The position numbers and the translations under genes are program-made. From NCBI GenBank assembly GCA_038057075.1, contig JBBUDV010000006.1, positions 2,216-66,215 of the forward strand: a stretch of 64,000 bases of DNA, read 5' to 3'. Source of the DNA: Patescibacteria group bacterium (GTDB lineage Bacteria > Patescibacteriota > Minisyncoccia > UBA6257 > UBA9933). Each line of letters opens with the position of its first letter. Positions within the stretch are counted from its first letter, which is position 1. Under the pieces are notes generated by a model, which was not told the DNA's origin, did no database searches, and saw nothing but the letters and a program-made list of their open reading frames with translations. Positions 57,417 through 64,000 of this stretch are shown piece after piece.

Positions 57417-58484
57417 TTAATCTAACAGATATTTTTCTCTATTTTTGGCATGCTCGTCCAATGTTTTTGAAAATATCGTCTTTTTTGTTACAGGGTCTGA
57501 CAGATAATACCAGTATTCGGATTTTATCGGCTCTATCGCCGCTTTTATGGATTCTAAAGCGGGATTGCTTATCGGCATCGGCGGATATCCCAGATATATA
57601 TAGGTATTGAAAGTAGAATTAATTTTAAAATCCGCTTGGTTTAATCCGCAACCGGAAAATCTTCCGCCGCATTTCGCGTAAATCACAGTCGCGTCAATCT
57701 GGATAGGCATTCCGTTTCTTATTCTTTTTTCCAAAATTCCCGCGGCTATCTGACGTTCGCGATAATCGGGAATTTCTTTTTCCAAAAGAGAGGCCAGGAT
57801 TAATTTATTAAAAATATCATCATTTTCCAAAATACGCAAGTCCTTTCCGAAAACCAACGCCGTTTTCTCGCTAAAATTATCCAAAATTTTCTCCACAACA
57901 TCTTTGGGCTCGGAACCGACAAAAAATAAATAAGTGTCCGGAAATAAAAATCCTTCCAATGACTTTACTTTCGCCAAAAAAGAATACCGCTCTTTGAGCG
58001 TTTTGAAATCAAAATGGCTCAATTCTCCTTTTTTTAAAATTTTCAAATCGGCCATTTTGTCGTCAATCTCGTTGAGCGTCATTCCCGGAATCACTGTTAC
58101 GGAAACGATTTTAGGCCCGGCTGTCAAAATATCCACGATTTCCGGAATTGACTGCGAAAAATTAAGTTTATACGCCCCCGGTTTAAACCGAAACGATTTT
58201 CCGTTTAAAAAAGAAAAAAATTTAAAAACCCATTCCGATCTAATGAGATTTTTTGAATAAAGTTCGCCGGCTATTTCTTCCGCTCCCATACCTTGTTCAA
58301 TTTTTAAATCAATATGTTTTGCATTTCCCGTAATTGAAATTGGTTTTAATAATTGGATAAACACAATATTTACAATCACAAAAAATAAAATAACCCCTCC
58401 AAAAATAACCAACATTTTTTTATTCAATTGGAAATTGTCTCCCTGCGGGAGATGTCCCTTCGGGACAAAAATTGAAAAATTCAT
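57417..58484 (-). CDS. mltG: Endolytic transglycosylase MltG (YceG)
   Basis: LEGFLFPDTY, ILASLLEKE, QIDATV, NTY...G.PP.PISNP; true start may be 58415. Confidence 0.9.
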   Translation of the reverse strand: MNFSIFVPKGHLPQGDNFQLNKKMLVIFGGVILFFVIVNIVFIQLLKPISITGNAKHIDLKIEQGMGAEEIAGELYSKNLIRSEWVFKFFSFLNGKSFRFKPGAYKLNFSQSIPEIVDILTAGPKIVSVTVIPGMTLNEIDDKMADLKILKKGELSHFDFKTLKERYSFLAKVKSLEGFLFPDTYLFFVGSEPKDVVEKILDNFSEKTALVFGKDLRILENDDIFNKLILASLLEKEIPDYRERQIAAGILEKRIRNGMPIQIDATVIYAKCGGRFSGCGLNQADFKINSTFNTYIYLGYPPMPISNPALESIKAAIEPIKSEYWYYLSDPVTKKTIFSKTLDEHAKNREKYLLD

Positions 58485-58513
58485 TGAAAATTAAAAATTT
58501 TAAATTAAAAATT

Positions 58514-59578
58514 CTATACTCTCCTAATCCTAATTGATTGAACCATCCCGATTAAAACAAATTCCGCTAAAATATGCGAACCGCCGTAGCTTAAAAACGG
58601 AAACGGCACTCCTATTACGGGCAGGAGACCTATATTTGAACCTGTATTAAAAATAAAATTAGCGAGAAAATAAATGGCTGCGCCCAAACATACAAACCTG
58701 TTAAAGTTATTTTTTTCGTCCATGCCGATAAAAACAATCCGAAAAACAGCGGCAATAAAAGCCGCTATTAAAAGAAAACCGGTTATTAAACCCCATTCTT
58801 CTATAACGGCGGCAAAAATAAAATCGGTCTGGGCTTCGGGCAAAAATCCAAGCTGAACCTGAGTCCCCTGCTTAAACCCTTTACCCAAAAACCCGGCTGA
58901 ACCAATCGCTATTTTTGACTGAATAACATTGTAGTTTATGCCCAAAACGTCGCGATTCGGGAAAAATAATCCCAAAATCCTTTCCTTTTGATAATTCTTC
59001 AAAACGCCATACCACATTGCCACGCCGAGAACCGCAAAAATAATCACGGCAATTGAAAGGTGACGCCAAGAAATTCCCGATACCAGCACAAATCCGAACC
59101 AGATAAAAAACAATAATAATATTGAACCCATATCCGGCTGAAGCGCGACAAGTCCGGCAGGGAGCGAGAAATAAACAAATGACTTCAATATCTTGGAAAC
59201 GCGCGCGATACTTTTATGTTCTTTCTTAAAAAAATTCGCCAAAATAATTATTAAAGCCAGGGCGGCGAATACCGATGTCTGAAAATGGAACGGCCCGATG
59301 GGAATCCAACTTTTGGCCCCCCTCACTTTCGGAGCCAAAATTAAAGTCAAAATCAAAAAGAAAATGGACAGCCAGTAAATTCCCCAAATTACCCATTTAT
59401 TATTAATGAACGAACGCCAGTCAAAATTAATAATCAAAGCCGCCAGAAAAATCCCCAAAACAAGCCAGATTAATTGTTTCCAAAACAAATCTATTCTCGC
59501 GCCCAGCAAACTTACCAGCCCAATCGCAACCAAAAATAAAACCGCAAAATTAAGTTTCCAATCGAGGTTACGAATCAT
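58514..59578 (-). CDS. rodA: SEDS peptidoglycan polymerase RodA
   Basis: GAKSWI, LQPDMG, YQKERI, QSKIAIGS.G..GKG, LPEAQTDFIF, SYGGS. Confidence 0.9.
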   Translation of the reverse strand: MIRNLDWKLNFAVLFLVAIGLVSLLGARIDLFWKQLIWLVLGIFLAALIINFDWRSFINNKWVIWGIYWLSIFFLILTLILAPKVRGAKSWIPIGPFHFQTSVFAALALIIILANFFKKEHKSIARVSKILKSFVYFSLPAGLVALQPDMGSILLLFFIWFGFVLVSGISWRHLSIAVIIFAVLGVAMWYGVLKNYQKERILGLFFPNRDVLGINYNVIQSKIAIGSAGFLGKGFKQGTQVQLGFLPEAQTDFIFAAVIEEWGLITGFLLIAAFIAAVFRIVFIGMDEKNNFNRFVCLGAAIYFLANFIFNTGSNIGLLPVIGVPFPFLSYGGSHILAEFVLIGMVQSIRIRRV

Positions 59579-59712
59579 GAATTAAGAATAATGAATAATG
59601 AAGATAAAATCAAAATACCCGCTGGTATAGCATACTATACCGGTGAAAAATTTTTATTATTTTTGCTATGTTTAAACATAGCAAAATGCCAAAACAAAAA
59701 CTTTTTTAAAAT

Positions 59713-60861
59713 TTATCCTATATTAAGATTTCCATTGGCAACTAATTTATATTTCTTCTTTCTCAAATGATTCACGTAAGCCGCAACGGCAATCATAGCG
59801 GCATTGTCTGTCGTAAATTTTTTTGACGGAGCAAAAAAATTAACTTTTAACTTTTCACTTTTAACTTTTAACTTAAAATAATTCCTCAAAGAATTATTTG
59901 AGGCTACTCCGCCGGAAATCATAATTGATTTTGCTTTATATTGTTCCGCGGCTCGCAATGTCTTTTTAATCAAAACATCAAAAGCCGCTCTCTGAAAACT
60001 GGCAGCGATATCAGCTCGCAACCGATCCGAAACTACAAATTTATCCGAATGCCCCAAATTTTCATTTAGAGTATTATGATATATTCGTAATTTAGAATCA
60101 CGTATATAATACAGAACCGATGTTTTTAATCCGGAAAAACTGAAATCAAAATTTTTCTGGTCCAGCATTGGGCGCGGAAATTTTATCGCGTCGGGATTGC
60201 CAAGCTTAGCAAGTTTTTCAATTTCCGGCCCTCCGGGATACGGCAAATTCAGAAGCCGCGCGACTTTATCAAATGCTTCGCCGACAGCGTCATCACGCGT
60301 TTCCCCGATTTTTTTTATTTTAGTCAGCGAATCCATTTTAACTAAAATCGTATGACCGCCGGAAATAATTAAGGCAATAGCAGGAAAATAATTGGTAATT
60401 TTATTTTTTTGATTAAGGAAAAAGGAATATAGGTGTCCGTCAAGGTGACTAACGCCTTGTAATTTAACTTTTAACTTTTCATTTTTAACTTTTAACTTTT
60501 TGCAAAGTTCCTTTGCAAAGCCGATTCCTGTCCAAAGAGCTGGCTCTAAACCAGGTCCAACGGTAACGGCGATTACGTCTGGAATTATGAATTTTGAATT
60601 ATGAATTATGGTTTTTTTATTCTTAATTTTTAATTCATGATTCATGATTCTTTTAAGAAGAATTGGTAAATTCTTTAGATGCTCTCGTTTGGCCAAATTA
60701 GGAACCACGCCGCCAAAAGGCGCATGAATCTTAATCTGCGACGCCACAAAATTCTTTAAAATTTTGAATTGTGGATTTCTCAAACCGCCTTTTGCTTCAA
60801 CTAACGCTATTGCCGTTTCGTCGCAACTCGTTTCAATAGCCAAAATTTTCATATTCTTCAT
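59713..60861 (-). CDS. tsaD: tRNA N6-adenosine threonylcarbamoyltransferase TsaD
   Basis: IETSCDETA, HLDGH, SGGHT, DDAVGEAFDK, TDNAAMI; carries low-complexity insertions. Confidence 0.95.
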   Translation of the reverse strand: MKNMKILAIETSCDETAIALVEAKGGLRNPQFKILKNFVASQIKIHAPFGGVVPNLAKREHLKNLPILLKRIMNHELKIKNKKTIIHNSKFIIPDVIAVTVGPGLEPALWTGIGFAKELCKKLKVKNEKLKVKLQGVSHLDGHLYSFFLNQKNKITNYFPAIALIISGGHTILVKMDSLTKIKKIGETRDDAVGEAFDKVARLLNLPYPGGPEIEKLAKLGNPDAIKFPRPMLDQKNFDFSFSGLKTSVLYYIRDSKLRIYHNTLNENLGHSDKFVVSDRLRADIAASFQRAAFDVLIKKTLRAAEQYKAKSIMISGGVASNNSLRNYFKLKVKSEKLKVNFFAPSKKFTTDNAAMIAVAAYVNHLRKKKYKLVANGNLNIG

Positions 60862-60915
60862 TTTAAAATCTTACAGATAATTTTAATTTTTAAAAAGCCC
60901 ATTTTTTATTACATT

Positions 60916-61677
60916 TTAATTTTCGGCATTCTCCATCCCTTCTTCTTTTACTTTATTATTTTTTCTGTTTTCAAAACCATTTATACTCTTTGAATTTTCA
61001 TCAAAATTTTCTTTGTTTTCTTCCCTGTTTTCAACGCCTTTGATTTGTTTTTCTTTAATAACGTCACATTCTTTCTTAAATTCCGCTAACTTTTTTGAAC
61101 GTTTCCAAAACGTTTCCCCATCGCCGTTTGCTACGCTTCCCAATTCCAATTTACACAAACCGGAATAAACCTCTCCGTCTTCCATCTTTTCAATTTTATC
61201 CCTGAAATCTTCTTTTAATTTATCTTTTATTTTTTCCGCTTCTTCTTTTTCTCTGTCGGACTTTCCAACCGCCGATATCTTAATTTTCTCAATTTCCTTC
61301 ACCCGCCTTTCCGCGAATTTTTCATATAAAACAACCTTATTTTCATCAGAAGACAACGTTAATCTGACATTCTCGCTCAGTTTTTTAAACGGATACAGCG
61401 CGCTTTCCGGACCGACATTGTTTTGGTCGGCGTAAGCGGCGACTCCGCTTGTCGCAAACATCAAAGACGCGACAACGCCGCCCGCATATCTCAAAATCGG
61501 CCGATAAAACCCAATTTTAACTGCTTCTTTGGCCGGTGCCGTTTGAGCCCGCTCCACAACCGCGCTTAAAAACACGCCGCGGCTTTTATTCAAAAATTCT
61601 TTCTTCGGATTAAAAAATTTCCTTAGAAATTTTTTATAACCTCTATCTATTAATTTTTGTTTTATAAAATTAATCAT
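60916..61677 (-). CDS. DUF5667 membrane protein, probable anti-sigma factor
   Basis: Central TM, GPESALYPFKKLSENV...AERRVKE; overlaps the ECF sigma stop. Confidence 0.65.
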   Translation of the reverse strand: MINFIKQKLIDRGYKKFLRKFFNPKKEFLNKSRGVFLSAVVERAQTAPAKEAVKIGFYRPILRYAGGVVASLMFATSGVAAYADQNNVGPESALYPFKKLSENVRLTLSSDENKVVLYEKFAERRVKEIEKIKISAVGKSDREKEEAEKIKDKLKEDFRDKIEKMEDGEVYSGLCKLELGSVANGDGETFWKRSKKLAEFKKECDVIKEKQIKGVENREENKENFDENSKSINGFENRKNNKVKEEGMENAEN

Positions 61678-62218
61678 GAATAGTGCTTCTGATTTTTTTA
61701 TTTAATCTATGGACGGCTACTCTTAAAGCTCCTTCGGATTTCCCCGCAATTTTACTCATTTCTTTATAGGATAAATCCGAAAGGTAATGAAGCGCGAAAA
61801 CCTCCTGTTCGTCTTCTCTAAAATTTTTAACCACTTCAAAAATTTCTTTCGCCGCCATTTTCACATGCGTTATATCTTTCGCTTTATGCAAATTTTCAAA
61901 TCCTTCGGGCATATCCGCGAAAACAACTTCTTTTTTATCTCTGTAATAATCAATCAAAGAATTTCTGGCAACCTGCCAAATCCATCCCGAAAAATTTCCC
62001 AATCCCTCGTCAAAAGTGTCAATTCTGGCCACGACTTTTAAAAAAACACCTTGAACCAAATCTTCGGCGCACGCCCGATTAAGAATTCTCGCCATAAAAA
62101 ATCTATATATCAAAGGACTGAAATAATTGAAAATTTTCTCTCCGGCTTTCTTGTCGCCTCTTTTCAATAAATCAGCCAGTTTGTTAAATTTATCTTTTTC
62201 AATATTTTTTTCTTTCAT
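61670..62218 (-). CDS. ECF RNA polymerase sigma factor
   Basis: AEDLVQ.VFLK, F.GWI..VARN.LIDYYR, LSYKE...GKSEGA.RV..HR; start MKEK (ORF open from 62272). Confidence 0.9.
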   Translation of the reverse strand: MKEKNIEKDKFNKLADLLKRGDKKAGEKIFNYFSPLIYRFFMARILNRACAEDLVQGVFLKVVARIDTFDEGLGNFSGWIWQVARNSLIDYYRDKKEVVFADMPEGFENLHKAKDITHVKMAAKEIFEVVKNFREDEQEVFALHYLSDLSYKEMSKIAGKSEGALRVAVHRLNKKIRSTIHD

Positions 62219-62280
62219 AAATAAATACGCAATAAAGATAAATATGTTACCAAAAAAGTCAACGCGCCGCAAAAAATGAG

Positions 62281-62916
62281 CTAAATAATCTTATTTTTTA
62301 ACAAGGAATTCTTGATAATTTCAAAAATTTTTTGATGCCCGTTAGAATTTGGATGAAGTCCGTCTCCATCCAATAATTTTTTATGATTCCCCTTCTTAAA
62401 CTCGTTTAAAACGTCAATAAAAATCAAATCATTCTTTTCACAAACTGATTTAATTATTTTGTCATATTCTTCTATATATTCATTTTTATAACAAACAACT
62501 CCTTCTTTTGAATTGGTAATTTTTTCATCAACAGGCGTAAGCCCTATAAAAACAATTCTTTCGGAATATTTTTTCGCCAAAGTGATTATATATTGAAGAT
62601 TTTCCTTAAATTGGATTCTGGGAATAAAATTCTCGTCTTGATTCTTTAAAAATGCCGAGTCATTAACGCCAATGGCAATCAAGAAAATATCGCATTGTTC
62701 CGGAATTGTCCTTTGATATGTCTCAAATTCAAATCTGTTTAATAAGTTTTCCGAAGTATCGCCGTCAACGCCAAGATTATAAACTTCAATAAAATTATTA
62801 TCGCTTAAAAAATTCTGTTTCAAATAAACATCTAATCTATTGACCCACCCGCCCATCTCATCATCCCAAATTCCGTGTACAACACTATCTCCAAAAACAA
62901 ATAATTTTTTAGACAT
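62281..62916 (-). CDS. SGNH/GDSL hydrolase
   Basis: FGDS, NLGVDG, IGVND, DGLHPN..GH. Confidence 0.92.
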   Translation of the reverse strand: MSKKLFVFGDSVVHGIWDDEMGGWVNRLDVYLKQNFLSDNNFIEVYNLGVDGDTSENLLNRFEFETYQRTIPEQCDIFLIAIGVNDSAFLKNQDENFIPRIQFKENLQYIITLAKKYSERIVFIGLTPVDEKITNSKEGVVCYKNEYIEEYDKIIKSVCEKNDLIFIDVLNEFKKGNHKKLLDGDGLHPNSNGHQKIFEIIKNSLLKNKII

Positions 62917-62935
62917 TGATTTATCCCGAATTCAT

Positions 62936-64000
62936 TTATTTGAGTTCTTTTTCCTTTTCAACAACCACCAAAGTAGTTTTTACGATAGTGTCCGGGTTTA
63001 AAGACATACTCTCAATTCCCTGTTCCACCAAAAACTCGGCGAATTCCGGATAATCCGAAGGCGCCTGACCGCAAATTCCGATATATTTTCCGCGAGATTT
63101 ACAAACTTTAATGACACTGGAAACCAAATCTTTAACCGATTGGTCTTTTTCATTGGCGATGCTTCTGATTTTTTCATTGCCATCCCTGTCTATGCCAACG
63201 GTTAATTGAGTCAAATCATTGGAACCGATGCTCATGCCGTCAAAAACATCCAAAAATTTATCCGCCAAAATTATATTTGAAGGGATTTCACACATAACCA
63301 TAATTTTCAAAGGATTTAATTTTTTATCGTTTTTTCGCAACCCGAATTTATCAATGATTTCAACAACTTTTTTCCCTTCTTCCGTTGTTCTACAAAACGG
63401 CACCATTACTTCAATATTATCAATTCCCATTTCTTCGCGGACTTTTTGAATTGCCCATAATTCCAAAATAAAAGCGTCTTTAAAATCGGGATGATAGTAT
63501 CTTGACGCGCCGCGCCAGCCGATCATCGGATTTTCTTCCTGTGGCTCATAAAGTTCCCCTCCAATCAAAGTTCTGTATTCATTTGTTTTAAAATCGGAAA
63601 ATCTTACAATTACCGGGTTTGGATAAAATGCCGCGCCGATTTTAGCGATTCCATAAGCAAGCTTATCAATATAAAATTGAATCTTGTCCGGATAACCGGC
63701 TGTTTTTTTATCTATTTCAGAAACAATATGTTTTTCTATTTTTGAATTTTTAGCTTTTAGCTTTTTATAGTTAATAAGCGCGTTCGGATGAATTCCGATA
63801 TTTCCGGCAATAATAAATTCCTCTCTCGCCAAACCGACTCCGTCATTTGGCAAAAATGATTTCTCAAATGCAGTGTCAGGCGTGGCGATATTCATCATTA
63901 TTTTTGTCTTTGGTTTGCCGATTTTTTTAATGTCATGTTCAATAACTTTAAACGATAAGGAATTTTCATAAATAATTCCCTCCGCTCCCGTAGTGTCAAC
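62936..64000 (-). CDS. ppsA: Phosphoenolpyruvate synthase, C-terminal part (5' end outside window)
   Basis: GVGLAREEF, VRFSDFKTNEY, EENPMIGWRGASRY, SIGSNDLTQL, GICGQAPSD. Confidence 0.93.
   Translation of the reverse strand, partial: VDTTGAEGIIYENSLSFKVIEHDIKKIGKPKTKIMMNIATPDTAFEKSFLPNDGVGLAREEFIIAGNIGIHPNALINYKKLKAKNSKIEKHIVSEIDKKTAGYPDKIQFYIDKLAYGIAKIGAAFYPNPVIVRFSDFKTNEYRTLIGGELYEPQEENPMIGWRGASRYYHPDFKDAFILELWAIQKVREEMGIDNIEVMVPFCRTTEEGKKVVEIIDKFGLRKNDKKLNPLKIMVMCEIPSNIILADKFLDVFDGMSIGSNDLTQLTVGIDRDGNEKIRSIANEKDQSVKDLVSSVIKVCKSRGKYIGICGQAPSDYPEFAEFLVEQGIESMSLNPDTIVKTTLVVVEKEKELK

Noticed and set aside
1-64000. Alternative genetic code (TGA recoding as in Gracilibacteria/SR1)
   Set aside because: Conserved genes are full length under code 11 and TGA terminates several (ROK, dnaK, htpX)

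Overview
AT-rich bacterial chromosome segment whose gene content and style fit Patescibacteria/CPR (Parcubacteria-like; inference from short IF-2, PheT without the OB-fold, a type IV pilus cluster, DUF5667 proteins and few Shine-Dalgarno motifs). Standard genetic code; most genes are on the minus strand. It carries a type IV pilus operon (1.8-7.6 kb), housekeeping blocks (prmC, mreBC-grpE-dnaK-dnaJ-mreD-like-pcm, proS, infB-rbfA, pheST, rpsF-ssb-rpsR-htpX, rpoBC, mltG-rodA, tsaD, ppsA), six tRNAs, and an accessory zone (22.7-28.7 kb) with a duplicated HTH-Fic/Doc module and a tRNA-Asn integration hotspot. The most striking unannotated signal is a set of small non-autonomous repeats. An ~86-bp double-hairpin element flanked by TTA occurs in 5 co-oriented copies; one splits the htpX 5' end and supplies a replacement in-frame ATG, and another sits in a -10 box. 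Two TIR/MITE-like families, a perfect 38-40-bp palindrome, REP-like hairpins and heptamer tracts also occur, several translated in frame inside conserved proteins (FKBP, PrmC, DnaK, SSB, TsaD). Also seen: an ~280-nt highly structured candidate ncRNA after pcm and an uncalled 37-aa Cys-rich peptide gene. No transposase, CRISPR array or reverse transcriptase is visible.
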